Counted from the stretch's first letter, positions 27,993 to 38,341 are shown. The stretch is 64,000 nt of DNA from Candidatus Dojkabacteria bacterium (GCA_040006935.1 JBDTVZ010000002.1:43904-107903); one strand, 5' to 3'. The notes: a model not told the origin generated them from the letters alone. Translations and numbers: made by a program.

Positions 27993-30602
27993 ATGACTAG
28001 AAAAAATATATTAACCGTATTAACTGGAATCTTTTTTGTGCTTTTAATTGGAGTTGGAATTTATTTTGCAATCCAAGCAACAAATAACCAAGCCCCTGGT
28101 GATGCCGCAGCTTTAGGATGTTTTCAAAGAAGCTTAGCATGTACAGGTAGTGGTTGTTATTGTGGTTCAAACTATGCAAGTGCCACTTGTAATACTAATG
28201 CGAATGGTTGCAGCCCAGTTGCTGATTGGTGCCAAAGTATAACTTGTAATCCACCGCCACCAGTTCAGCCACCGCCACCGCCACCGCCTCCTAATGCACC
28301 ACCTAATACTCCTCCACCTCCAGCACCTACATGCTATGGATCAGGAAATGCTAATGCCTGTAGTAATCCTGGTCAAGTAGTTCCATATGCAGATTCCAAC
28401 AATATTGTAACTTCATGTACTTGTGCAAGAACTACAGGTACTTTATGCTCCTGTGTGCCAAGTAATGGAACAACATGTATTGCTGATGTTACAGGAACAA
28501 ATTGTGCCTCTAAAGGAGTAGGAGCTTCATGTTCGGCTGGGAATAATGGAACTGGTTATTGTCAATCAACGGGAGTTACAAATGGTAGCTTAAATTGTGC
28601 TTGCCATGTTACAGCAAATGTCCCTCCAGCACCTCCAACAGGTTGTACTTCAGATAGTTCTTGCAATGCAGGTCAGTTTTGTAGTACAAGCAACGGAGTG
28701 TGTGGTGCTAAGCTTGCAAATGGAGTTCAAGGCTGTTCTAGTAATAATATGTGTTTAAGTGGAAGTTGTTCAAATAACTTTTGCGTCGCCACTGCACAAC
28801 CTCCTCCTGCTACAAGTGGCGGTGGAACAACTGGCGGGGCTGCTGCTGGTGCTTCTTGTATATCAAATGCCAATTGCGGAACTGGTTTAGTTTGCCAAGG
28901 TACTAATGGAAGTAAAGTTTGCCAAGTTGCAAGCAATTGTAACGCAAGTAATCCTAGCCAATGTAATTGTAATACTGGAGGTGCAGTTTGTAGCGGATAC
29001 CTAGCTTTCACTTGTAATCAATTAACAAATGGACAATGTTTAAGTAACCCTCAAGATGCCTCTAGCGAGGCAGATGCTACTAGTAAAGCAGGTGTCTGCG
29101 GTCAAGTAGATCAAGTTTGGGTTGGAGGTCCATGTAATAGAACTTTATGCGGTGGATTTACGGTATATAATCAATGTTCCGGCGGTGGCACATCCACAGG
29201 TGGAACAACCGTTACACCTCCGCCACCACCTCCACCACCACCACCTCCTCCTCCTGGCACACCTTATTGTGGAGATTCTCTTTGTGCAACTAATGAACTT
29301 TGCGAAAGGACTGCACCAAATGCAACTACTTACAAAGCATGCACAAGCGCAAGCGGAGTAGCTCCAACAGGATCCGATGTTTCTTTATGTTATGGAGTAG
29401 GATTTAGTCAACCAGTACAATCAAGTACCTGTAAATATTGTGGAGATGGAACTTACACTCCAGGAACAGAACAATGTGATGCATCTGCACCAGCAACTGG
29501 TGGCAATAATCCTGCACAATGTAGTGCATCTTGTACTTTAAATCCTGTTGCTAATGTTTGTATAAGTATGACAGAAAATGGAGTTGATCCAGTACGATCT
29601 GGTACTTCTAACTTTATAGACTATGTATTAGTATTCCAGAATAGTTCAACAAGTAACCCATTCCCTAATATTAGATTATTAGTTTCAACATCAAACACAG
29701 TTGCAACAGCAGTAGGAAGAGATGCGAATAATGTATCTAGTGCGCTAGTAGCACCAATTCCAACTGGAGGTTACACATATGACTCTGTAACATCAAGGCA
29801 TACCTATACCTTCAGATGGGAATCTGTAAGTACAGGTGGAGTTCCTGTTCCAGATGCGAGTTACACTGTAAGAGGATTAACAAATGGGACTGACGGATCT
29901 ATAGTTACAACACCAGCAGAATGTACAGAGAGCATAACTACATCAGCTGCACAGGTACAAGAGCCATTATTTAATATTATTAAAACTGCTGTGGAAACTT
30001 GCGGTGAAGGTACAAATGCTGTAATCAATTATACTGTAACAGTAACTAATGTGGGACCAGTATCTGGAGTAGTGGACTTTGTTACAGATACACTAGATCC
30101 ACTAATAGTTAGCTTGGGAATAACACCAACTAGTATTAATCCCGCATCTGGGAATTATTCTGCAGGTGTAATTACGTGGACTGGTACAGTAGGAGAGAGA
30201 ACATTCACTGCTGGGCAATCTAAGACTTATACTTATACTGTTACTATTCCGTCTAATCAAGTTCTTAACTTTGCAAGTGCTGGTGTACAAAACTTAGCTG
30301 CTGTCCAATACGATACAAATACAACATCTAACAATACTTCCAGCTTTAATTTAAGAACAATGTTAAGTTGTACTATAAATGGTATTCCAATTACTGGAAT
30401 ATTTGATGATGGTAAATTGCTCTTGTTTGGATTAGTATTTATATTCTTAGGATTTGTAGCTTATAGATATCAAATTGGTAAAACAATTTCCGAAAAATTA
30501 ATTTCTGGAGCTTTGAATACTGCAGAAGGTGGCGTTGAAAAATTAATGCCATTTGAAGACAGAATTGAAAGAAAAATGGAAAAAAGAAGAAAGAAAGAAT
30601 AA
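27993..30602 (+). CDS. Large Cys-rich cell-surface protein with poly-Pro linkers, DUF11-like repeat and C-terminal TM anchor
   Basis: N-terminal TM helix; more than 60 Cys; PPPPVQPPPPPPPPNAPP and P13 tracts. DUF11-like NYTVTVTNVGPVSGVVDFVTDTLDP. C-terminal TM helix LLLFGLVFIFLGFVAY. Confidence 0.6.
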   Translation: MTRKNILTVLTGIFFVLLIGVGIYFAIQATNNQAPGDAAALGCFQRSLACTGSGCYCGSNYASATCNTNANGCSPVADWCQSITCNPPPPVQPPPPPPPPNAPPNTPPPPAPTCYGSGNANACSNPGQVVPYADSNNIVTSCTCARTTGTLCSCVPSNGTTCIADVTGTNCASKGVGASCSAGNNGTGYCQSTGVTNGSLNCACHVTANVPPAPPTGCTSDSSCNAGQFCSTSNGVCGAKLANGVQGCSSNNMCLSGSCSNNFCVATAQPPPATSGGGTTGGAAAGASCISNANCGTGLVCQGTNGSKVCQVASNCNASNPSQCNCNTGGAVCSGYLAFTCNQLTNGQCLSNPQDASSEADATSKAGVCGQVDQVWVGGPCNRTLCGGFTVYNQCSGGGTSTGGTTVTPPPPPPPPPPPPPGTPYCGDSLCATNELCERTAPNATTYKACTSASGVAPTGSDVSLCYGVGFSQPVQSSTCKYCGDGTYTPGTEQCDASAPATGGNNPAQCSASCTLNPVANVCISMTENGVDPVRSGTSNFIDYVLVFQNSSTSNPFPNIRLLVSTSNTVATAVGRDANNVSSALVAPIPTGGYTYDSVTSRHTYTFRWESVSTGGVPVPDASYTVRGLTNGTDGSIVTTPAECTESITTSAAQVQEPLFNIIKTAVETCGEGTNAVINYTVTVTNVGPVSGVVDFVTDTLDPLIVSLGITPTSINPASGNYSAGVITWTGTVGERTFTAGQSKTYTYTVTIPSNQVLNFASAGVQNLAAVQYDTNTTSNNTSSFNLRTMLSCTINGIPITGIFDDGKLLLFGLVFIFLGFVAYRYQIGKTISEKLISGALNTAEGGVEKLMPFEDRIERKMEKRRKKE

Positions 30603-30657
30603 ATACATGTAGGGTCTACAGATCTGTGGACCCTACACTTTCTGCTACACTAATCTC

Positions 30658-32214
30658 ATGAATAAAATCACCTCATTCCTTTCAAAAAACATCGAGGACA
30701 TTGTCTCTCTAGATTTACGCGCTCTTGCGGTTTTCCGAATCACTTTGGGACTAATACTTTTAATTGACATGATCGATAGACTAAAAGATGCAAATATTTT
30801 CTACGCAATCAATGGAGTTGGAGTAAATGGAAATAGTAATAGTTTGTTCACGGATATTTCTTTCTCTTTAAACAATCTAAATGGGGATGTTAAATTCCAG
30901 ATTGCAATTTTACTTACTGGAGTTTTGCTTTCAGTTTTGTTTATTATAGGATTTAAAACGAGATTTACCACAATACTACTCTGGATTGTAGTAGTTTCAA
31001 TTCAGAATAGGAACTTTCTTATACTTCAAGGTGGCGATGATTACATGAGAGTTCTGCTTTTATGGGCAATGTTTTTGCCTATTGGATGCAGATTTTCTTA
31101 TGATTATTTTCGAAATAAAACAAGATTTAAGAAACTAGAGAATAAATATATTTCCCCAGTAAATATAGGGTTGATTTTTCAAGTTATTTTCTTATATTAC
31201 TTTTCTGCTCTTTCAAAAAACGATCCTATTTGGAATAAAGATTTTACAGCCATTTACTACGCATTGAGCCTTGATATCTTTGTAACTTGGTTTGGGAGAA
31301 TTCTTTTAACATTCAGAGATTTATTACGGCCGCTTACGGCATTTGTGTACTATTTAGAATATTATGTTGGGCTATTGCTAGTACAACCAATTTATAATTG
31401 GGTTACTAGAACTCTTGGAATTATTCTTATATTAGGACTTCATTTTGGAATAGGTAGTACTTTGGATGTTGGCCCATTTCCGTGGATTGCAATGTGCGGA
31501 GCTTTAGCACTACTACCAACACAGGCTATTGATTTTGGTATTAATCTTTTAAGAAATGACAAGAGAATAAATAAACTCATTGCAAAGTTAGGATCTAATC
31601 ATTTGTGGCTAACACTTCTAAAATACTTGCCAAAAGAAAATAGAAGTCTGAAAAGAGAAAATAAATACATTTTCTCAAAATATAAAGAAAATGTATTTAT
31701 TTTGAGCACATTAATACTTTCAGTTTTTACTTTTGCTATTACATTTGTCAGCTATATCTGGAATGAGAATAATAATGGAGCAAATATTACTTTGCCTACA
31801 CAAGTAAGAAGTGTCTTTAATTTCATAAGAATGGATCAAGACTGGGCAATGTTTGCTCCCTACCCCTTCACAGAAGACGGCTGGTATGTAATATTAGGTC
31901 ATAAAAAATCCGGGGAAATAGAATCACTTTTTGGGGCTAACGAAAAAACTAATTTTGATAAATTCCCAGATAACTATTCTCAAGACTTTAAAAACGAAAG
32001 GTGGAGAAAACTTATGACTAATCTTTGGTATGACAGATATACAAGCAAAAGAACTGATCTTTTAAACTACATGTGTGATGAGTGGAATCATGACCCGAAC
32101 AAGCAAGATAAGCTAGTTTCTATCGATATGTTTTATATGCTCGACAGAACTTTACCAGATTTTCAGAAATTTAATATTGAGAAGACTAATTTAGGAAGCG
32201 TAACCTGTCAATAA
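30658..32214 (+). CDS. HTTM-domain (vitamin K gamma-carboxylase-like) integral membrane protein
   Basis: N-terminal DLRALAVFRITLGLILLIDM signature of HTTM. Multi-TM. Confidence 0.6.
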   Translation: MNKITSFLSKNIEDIVSLDLRALAVFRITLGLILLIDMIDRLKDANIFYAINGVGVNGNSNSLFTDISFSLNNLNGDVKFQIAILLTGVLLSVLFIIGFKTRFTTILLWIVVVSIQNRNFLILQGGDDYMRVLLLWAMFLPIGCRFSYDYFRNKTRFKKLENKYISPVNIGLIFQVIFLYYFSALSKNDPIWNKDFTAIYYALSLDIFVTWFGRILLTFRDLLRPLTAFVYYLEYYVGLLLVQPIYNWVTRTLGIILILGLHFGIGSTLDVGPFPWIAMCGALALLPTQAIDFGINLLRNDKRINKLIAKLGSNHLWLTLLKYLPKENRSLKRENKYIFSKYKENVFILSTLILSVFTFAITFVSYIWNENNNGANITLPTQVRSVFNFIRMDQDWAMFAPYPFTEDGWYVILGHKKSGEIESLFGANEKTNFDKFPDNYSQDFKNERWRKLMTNLWYDRYTSKRTDLLNYMCDEWNHDPNKQDKLVSIDMFYMLDRTLPDFQKFNIEKTNLGSVTCQ

Positions 32215-32216
32215 AA

Positions 32217-32708
32217 TTATCTTACAGAAAGCTCACCTCCATTATCCTTAAGCCAAGCCTCTGCAACTCGATATTCTGGCATTACTTTAGATACTTCTTT
32301 CCAGAAGGATTGAGAGTGATTCATTTGTCTTGTGTGACAAAGTTCATGAAGGATAACGTAATCTAACGCTTTAAGTGGGGCAAAACTCAGCCTCCAGTTG
32401 AAATTCAGGTTCTTTTGACTAGAACAACTTCCCCATCTGCTTACGGTGTCTTTAATTGCGACTCTCTTGAATTGGAAATCATACTTTTTTGCAAAATGTT
32501 TTGCTCTTTTCTCGATGTGAGCTCTGGATTCCTCTACTAGCCATTCATTTAGGATTTTTTTGAAGTTCTTTTTATCCTCACCTCTAAAAACCACCACCTT
32601 GGTTTTAGTCCTTACAACCCTTGCCTTTAAAAACACTCTCTCGGAGAATTCAACATTCAGCTCTTCTCCTAGGAATTTAATTTTTGATTGATGTGCTAAT
32701 TTGACCAT
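32217..32708 (-). CDS. DUF45/YgjP-like zinc metallohydrolase
   Basis: HELCHTRQMNHSQSFW (HExxH...NHS.FW) motif. Confidence 0.7.
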   Translation of the reverse strand: MVKLAHQSKIKFLGEELNVEFSERVFLKARVVRTKTKVVVFRGEDKKNFKKILNEWLVEESRAHIEKRAKHFAKKYDFQFKRVAIKDTVSRWGSCSSQKNLNFNWRLSFAPLKALDYVILHELCHTRQMNHSQSFWKEVSKVMPEYRVAEAWLKDNGGELSVR

Positions 32709-32760
32709 TTGGCAATTTTAGCATACAGAGGGGGGGACTTTGGAAGAGGAAAATGGGAAA

Positions 32761-34260
32761 TTATTCCCCAAACATTAATTCATATTTGTCTTGAGAAAAC
32801 AGAGCTTTTTGGTTTGCGATATCTTTATCTATATGAGCTTTCCGTGATTTTAATAGTTTCATAATTCGTTCTCTTATCCATTTTCGCTTAAGAAATATAA
32901 TAATTAATAAAATAAAAATTATTCCTCCAAGAAGGTATATGGCTTTGCTGACTTTGTACTTTACCACCTTCTCAACAGGTATAAACTCAAGCCTAATAAT
33001 GCTTAACGAAGGTTGCTGATTTATTATAGATTTGCTTTTAGTACTAATAATTGAAGAGCTGACGACTGATTTATTATCGATACCTGATTGCGGTTTAGTC
33101 GTGGGAACTGTACTGACTATTGCTTCGACAGGATTTTCTTCTTCTTCTGTTATTACAATGTCTTCTGAGTATCTAGGCAAGATTTTAAATATCCCTGCAT
33201 CTTCCACTAGAATACCTGTTACCTCTGCCGTATCTCCAACACTTTTCGTAGGAATATCTATATTAGTAGAAGCTAATACACTAACTCTGATTGTGCTACC
33301 CTCAAATTTTAAATCAAAGCTTTTAGAATAATTCTTCTGGATTTCACCTTTATAAGTTACAAGTGAAGATTTTTCGATTTCAAAATTATTAATCAGAGTA
33401 TTTGGATAAACTACTCTATTTTCTGGGATAACAGTTACTGTGTCAGTATATACGTAGATCCCATCTCTGATACTTTTAAGTGTTCCATTTATCTCTAGCT
33501 TGTCTCCAATATGAAGAACTATTGTTTGATCAGACTTCATTTTAATCTTTAATCCCGTATTTCCATCCTGTATGTAGAATACTTTATCACCTAAAATATT
33601 CTCTTCTACAGTTACGTAACCCCTTGTACAAATTTGTGATTCGACAGCCACTCTTACCACTTGCTCTAAAGCGATACAGCTATCGGTAGTAGGCACTACT
33701 GGGAATGATATTGGTGAGGTTTCTCCAAAGCAAAGTGGACTTCTTGCAGCATTATCCGTGAATATTGTATTTGCAGTTGGGTGTGGGACTAATATGCTGC
33801 AATCACTTGTATCGATTGGGCCTTTTCTTTCTAAACTTTTACCTTCTGTGGGCTTTGGATAATGAATATTATCCATTGCAGTGCCATCCGGTCTGTAAAT
33901 AACTAAATCAGCTTCATCGTTAAACATATTTATTCTGCCTGCACCTAGTAAAGTGATATTCTCAGAAGGAATACTTACGGATGCTTCAGCTATAATAAAA
34001 TATTCGTGAGGTGGAATAATTACACTTTGTGTTATATTAATTCTTCTTTCTGTTCCCGTTGCAGATTTATTAATGAAGTAATAATCCTTAATATCAATAG
34101 CAGATATCGAATTATTATATAGCTCAATCCATTCTTTGCCAGAATCGGCACCTATCGCATCAGGGAAAATTTCACTTATAAAAATTCCTGACTCATTTGC
34201 AGAAACGATTGTTTTTAAAGGAATTAAAAGAAATAAAAGAATTATGAAAATATACTTCAT
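32761..34260 (-). CDS. Lamin-tail-domain (LTD) protein with signal peptide and C-terminal TM
   Basis: DAIGADSGKEWIELYNNS motif. C-terminal TM helix LLGGIIFILLIIIFL. Confidence 0.55.
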   Translation of the reverse strand: MKYIFIILLFLLIPLKTIVSANESGIFISEIFPDAIGADSGKEWIELYNNSISAIDIKDYYFINKSATGTERRINITQSVIIPPHEYFIIAEASVSIPSENITLLGAGRINMFNDEADLVIYRPDGTAMDNIHYPKPTEGKSLERKGPIDTSDCSILVPHPTANTIFTDNAARSPLCFGETSPISFPVVPTTDSCIALEQVVRVAVESQICTRGYVTVEENILGDKVFYIQDGNTGLKIKMKSDQTIVLHIGDKLEINGTLKSIRDGIYVYTDTVTVIPENRVVYPNTLINNFEIEKSSLVTYKGEIQKNYSKSFDLKFEGSTIRVSVLASTNIDIPTKSVGDTAEVTGILVEDAGIFKILPRYSEDIVITEEEENPVEAIVSTVPTTKPQSGIDNKSVVSSSIISTKSKSIINQQPSLSIIRLEFIPVEKVVKYKVSKAIYLLGGIIFILLIIIFLKRKWIRERIMKLLKSRKAHIDKDIANQKALFSQDKYELMFGE

Positions 34261-34372
34261 ACCAATTTAGTAATATACTATTACAGAATATTACTAAATT
34301 ATTTTAACGAATGCAAATACGAAATTTTAGATAAAAATGCCATTGCTTCATCATCCACAAATAGGGCTTTCC

Positions 34373-34400
34373 CCTGCGTGCGCAGGCAGGACGAAATGAC
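34373..34400. repeat. cctgcgtgcgcaggcaggacgaaatgac copy of the GCCTGCG-N-CGCAGGC / gaaatgac repeat family
   Basis: Shares gcaggcagg-(t)cg(a/c)aatgac with 42371-42398 and 41515-41538. Confidence 0.5.
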
Positions 34401-34411
34401 CCAAATAAAAA

Positions 34412-34431
34412 GGTCCGCCAATTGGCGGACC
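34412..34431 (-). terminator. Perfect palindrome ggtccgcc-aatt-ggcggacc with flanking A/T runs
   Basis: 8-bp GC stem just downstream of the stop of the minus-strand gene at 34455. A/T runs on both sides, so possibly bidirectional. Confidence 0.55.
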
Positions 34432-34454
34432 TCTCTTTTCTCGATTCTCTTTTC

Positions 34455-35006
34455 TTACGCAGTAGCGAAACCTTTAAATTTATTTAACATATCTCTTATA
34501 TTTGATGGGAGATTAGTTTCTGGATAGTAAACTGAAATTGCTGATCCCACTAAGAACATAACAACAACCCATAATCCAGAGAATACAAGTCCTATTACTG
34601 CTGGCACAATAAAGTCAGTAATTGATGGTCCGATATCAAAATAAGCTATTCTTGGGAAGAAGAATAAAGTACTTAATACACTTGAAATTGCACTTGCAAC
34701 TCCAACTAATATTGCTGCTGGAATAGATGCAAATAGTGAATTTTTAATTGCTGTAGACATTTGTTCTTTGCTACCACCTCTAACCATAACTGTTACATAA
34801 CCACCTACTAATAATACAACCCAAGACACTACACTAAAGATCCAACCTAAACAAGGAATAAATGATAAGAGGGTTAATACTGCTGCTGGAACGCCAAAAG
34901 TTGCTCCGAGTTTCATATTTGCTTTTGAAAGAAGATCTTTCATACTATTCATAAGATAAAATATATAATTTGCCCTTATGATAAAATTATCCTGGCAGTT
35001 AGTCAA
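34455..35006 (-). CDS. Hypothetical multi-TM membrane protein
   Basis: 4-5 predicted TM segments. Confidence 0.4.
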   Translation of the reverse strand: MTNCQDNFIIRANYIFYLMNSMKDLLSKANMKLGATFGVPAAVLTLLSFIPCLGWIFSVVSWVVLLVGGYVTVMVRGGSKEQMSTAIKNSLFASIPAAILVGVASAISSVLSTLFFFPRIAYFDIGPSITDFIVPAVIGLVFSGLWVVVMFLVGSAISVYYPETNLPSNIRDMLNKFKGFATA

Positions 35007-35049
35007 GTGATTGGATATAATTTCTAGATTAAAATTTTAATACATATTT

Positions 35050-35559
35050 ATGAATCAGAGATCAGTTATAGGAGCATTTATAATGATTGCATTATTAGCT
35101 TGCGTTGTAGTGTTAGGCAATTCAGCTATTACAAACAATCGAACTGTTATCAATCCCCCATTTACAAGTCAGTTAAAAGACCAACCTACAAATGATTTAG
35201 AGAAATTAACAGATACACTTACAGAACTAAAAACCGAGACAAAAACACAACCTACAGATTCTAATTCAACAGCAGTAAAAACTGGAGATAAAATTAGAGT
35301 AAATTATAAAGGATGGCTTGCTACTACAGGAGCTATCTTTGACCAATCTTTTGATAGAGGAGATTCTGGTTATGAGTTTACTGTTGGTGCAGGAGTGATC
35401 GATGGTTGGAGTCAAGGAGTTGTGGGAATGAAAGTAGGAGAAATTAGAAGAATAAAGGTTCCATCCGTCCTAGGTTATGGAGAAGCTGGAAGCCCACCAG
35501 TAATCCCCGCCAATGCGGATTTAATATTCGATGTAGAGTTGATGCAGATTGAGAATTAA
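35050..35559 (+). CDS. FKBP-type peptidyl-prolyl cis-trans isomerase, membrane-anchored
   Basis: GDKIRVNYKGWLATTGAIFDQS...FTVGAGVIDGW...ADLIFDVELM. Confidence 0.8.
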   Translation: MNQRSVIGAFIMIALLACVVVLGNSAITNNRTVINPPFTSQLKDQPTNDLEKLTDTLTELKTETKTQPTDSNSTAVKTGDKIRVNYKGWLATTGAIFDQSFDRGDSGYEFTVGAGVIDGWSQGVVGMKVGEIRRIKVPSVLGYGEAGSPPVIPANADLIFDVELMQIEN

Positions 35560-35667
35560 AAGGACCGCACAAACTAAGAAGTGAGTGCTGTAAGAATCCA
35601 TTTGGAAACTTCCAATTGATCCCAATATATAATAACTGTATAATCCTGCATATTTTCAAATAAGAGT

Positions 35668-36651
35668 ATGGCAGGAACGTTTCAGCAAGTTGGTGATTTA
35701 TCTTTAGCTAATGACACTAAAGCAGATATCCAAGATTATATAAGAATGGAAATTGTTCCAGAAATTATTGGAAGAGATAAAGATTCAGAAAGTACTTTAC
35801 TTCTTCTTCATAGATTAGCCACTGCAGGTAGTAACCCAAAAGGTGAGAGAAAAATAACCAGAACAATGCAAATTCTGCAAGCGTCCGGCTTAATTGCTAA
35901 GCCTGATGAAAAAATCGCTCATAGGGCACTATCCGATAAGCATAGCTCAATTAAAGTAAAATTAGCACCAAATCATGGGAGAGGTCACTATAGACTTTTG
36001 GGAACTGTATATAAGGATGGAGAAGAGGTTAAGAAAGTATGGCTAGAGAGAGCCATAGCGATATTAAGAAAAGGAAGCACAGAATCGAGTATGTATGTCG
36101 CTCCTTCCATGGAAGTAGATGTTTTAATGAGCGCTTTAGGGCAAGCCTTTGATCAATTAGAACAAAGATTACAAACTCCAGAATATATTGCTCTTATCGT
36201 GGCCTTCTTTTATACAATCGGTAATAAATTCATTCATCCATTTAAGGACGGAAATCATAGGGCATTCGATCGATTTATAGAAACTTTTTTTTGGAAACAT
36301 GGAATTCCCATAGAATTGCCACAAGATGAAAGCTCCAATATCCCTCTAGATGAGATTGTGAGAGTTTGGGAAATAAACTGTCTGCTTAATTTTTTAAAAA
36401 TCAATGGACTACCTTTAAACTTTATTGCAAAAACAAAACGAGAAGAGGACATTTACCATGCAAGGCTGACTGTGGGAATTTTTAATTTAATAAACTCAGG
36501 ACTTAGTGATCCTAATTATTTATTTTTTTACTTGAATGTTGCTGAACAATTTCTTTCTTGGGTACCTGACTTTGATCTAACTAATATAAAAGAAGCTATT
36601 AGAGTTGTTCAAGAAAAAATAAATATTCGTCCAGGTAAATTTGAAATGTAA
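35668..36651 (+). CDS. Fic/DOC-family-like protein with degenerate motif HPFKDGNHRAF
   Basis: The motif matches HPFx[DE]GNGR except G to H. Weak overall. Confidence 0.4.
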   Translation: MAGTFQQVGDLSLANDTKADIQDYIRMEIVPEIIGRDKDSESTLLLLHRLATAGSNPKGERKITRTMQILQASGLIAKPDEKIAHRALSDKHSSIKVKLAPNHGRGHYRLLGTVYKDGEEVKKVWLERAIAILRKGSTESSMYVAPSMEVDVLMSALGQAFDQLEQRLQTPEYIALIVAFFYTIGNKFIHPFKDGNHRAFDRFIETFFWKHGIPIELPQDESSNIPLDEIVRVWEINCLLNFLKINGLPLNFIAKTKREEDIYHARLTVGIFNLINSGLSDPNYLFFYLNVAEQFLSWVPDFDLTNIKEAIRVVQEKINIRPGKFEM

Positions 36652-36704
36652 TTGAGGCTTTTACAAAAATCAGTTATGCTATATAGTAATTTTTTTAATA
36701 TAGC

Positions 36705-37427
36705 ATGAACAATTTCCAATCAAATCCATTTTACAAAGAAGATGCAAAGCCAAAAAAAAGAAAGATTCTTGGCAATATAATTACAGCTTTAGCAATTATT
36801 GCAATTGCACTTTTAATTTCTTGGTTTACTATTCTGGGACAAAATTTAGTTGATGGACCTTCCATGCGAGCTAACCTATACACTGGGGATTTTTTGCTAG
36901 TAAATAGATTCCCAGCATTATTTGGAGAAGGATTCTCCAAAACAATCGGTATTGATTACGAAAGAGGAGACATGATAGTTTTACATAAACCTGGATTTAA
37001 CGAATTCGTAAAAAGAGTAATAGCAAAAGAGGGAGAAAAAATTAATATAGATAAAGGAAGAATATTTATAAATGGACAAGTAATGGTTGAAAATTATTTA
37101 CCTGAAAAGCTTTATACAAATGGGGGAGATTTCTTGCAAGAAGGTGGAGCACCAATCGAAGTTCCAACTGGGTATTTAATTGCAATTGGAGATAATAGAC
37201 CAGAAAGTAATGACTCGAGATTTGAGGAAATTGGATTAATTAAACGAGAATGGATTAAGGGTAAAGTATTTTTAAGAATTTGGCCAGCTAATGCAGTTAC
37301 ATTTATTCCAAGAGGTACATTCAGTTTTGTGGATCCAGCAAATTACGATTTTAATAAAGCAGATATAGATTTTAGGAATCCTACAGAAAGAACTGGAGTT
37401 TGCCAAAATTTATCACAGTGTTTTTAA
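36705..37427 (+). CDS. lepB: Signal peptidase I
   Basis: GPSMRANL (Ser box), LVNRF, GDNRPESNDSR box E. Confidence 0.8.
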   Translation: MNNFQSNPFYKEDAKPKKRKILGNIITALAIIAIALLISWFTILGQNLVDGPSMRANLYTGDFLLVNRFPALFGEGFSKTIGIDYERGDMIVLHKPGFNEFVKRVIAKEGEKINIDKGRIFINGQVMVENYLPEKLYTNGGDFLQEGGAPIEVPTGYLIAIGDNRPESNDSRFEEIGLIKREWIKGKVFLRIWPANAVTFIPRGTFSFVDPANYDFNKADIDFRNPTERTGVCQNLSQCF

Positions 37428-37506
37428 AGCACAGACGACGCTCGCCTTCGGCTCGCTCGTTACAAACAGCTACCAAATAGAAACTTTTGTAAATTCCCAT
37501 TTGGTA

Positions 37507-37524
37507 GCCGAAGACACAGATTTC
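37507..37524. repeat. Left 13-bp inverted repeat (gccgaagacacagatttc) of the GC-rich cassette
   Basis: Reverse complement of tctgtgtcttcgg at 38172-38184. Confidence 0.5.
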
Positions 37525-37563
37525 TCCTTTCGATTTTGCTTCGGCATACCCTTTAATCAGTCG

Positions 37564-38097
37564 TTAGGGACAGTTTGCAGGATCTTCGTGCAATCCCTGC
37601 TCGTCCCAATAACGGGGTGAGCATAGAACGTTCCCATCTTCATCGATCAGCCAAGCTTTGCCTTTGACTGAGTTCTCAATTGCGTTCAAGAAACGCTCTC
37701 CGTTTGCGCCACCTGAAACTAACCAAGTCATGTCTCCGCTTACCATTCCGTTGTTAAAGGTGCCATCATGCAGGGCTTGTAAAACGTCCCCTGGAACCTC
37801 ATATTGAGGTGGTCCCGCTGGTGCATCAGGTAAAACTCGCGTGCATGTTTTGGTAAACGTTATGGTGCCGTCTTGAGGGTTGCCCCCAACGGTAGTGCCA
37901 ACGAAAGTTAACCCAGAATCAACGCATACATCCCAATTGGCAGCAACGTAGCCAGCGCATGTGATTGCGCCACTCACACCCGCAACAACGGGTTGTGAAC
38001 AGGAAAATGCCTGAGTCTGTGTGGATGCTGACACTGTAGGCAGAATCGCCAATATCACGATAACAAGTAAGGTCAGAAGCAGTACTTTGAACTTCAT
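37564..38097 (-). CDS. Cys-rich secreted protein on a GC-rich (about 55%) segment
   Basis: Start at MKFKVLLLTLLVIVILAILPTVSAS, with GGAGGA 7 nt upstream. Ten Cys. Composition differs sharply from neighbours. Confidence 0.5.
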   Translation of the reverse strand: MKFKVLLLTLLVIVILAILPTVSASTQTQAFSCSQPVVAGVSGAITCAGYVAANWDVCVDSGLTFVGTTVGGNPQDGTITFTKTCTRVLPDAPAGPPQYEVPGDVLQALHDGTFNNGMVSGDMTWLVSGGANGERFLNAIENSVKGKAWLIDEDGNVLCSPRYWDEQGLHEDPANCP

Positions 38098-38168
38098 TAG
38101 AAGTCCTCCACAATATTGAACAGAAACATGCAAATTACAAATTTATAATCTATATGTTTCTGTCCAAT

Positions 38169-38186
38169 TATTTCTGTGTCTTCGGT
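38169..38186. repeat. Right 13-bp inverted repeat (tatttctgtgtcttcggt) of the GC-rich cassette
   Basis: Perfect 13-nt reverse-complement match to 37510-37522. Confidence 0.5.
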
Positions 38187-38341
38187 TGTTAAAACTGAGA
38201 TTGAGAATCTTTCGACCACTCTTTTTATTCCCAGAATCTAATAAATTGTAAATCACTAATATTACTATTAAGGGATTTTTACAATTATTGGGATTATATC
38301 ACGGGTATACAGCGAGAACAATTGGCGCACTTCCACACTTT

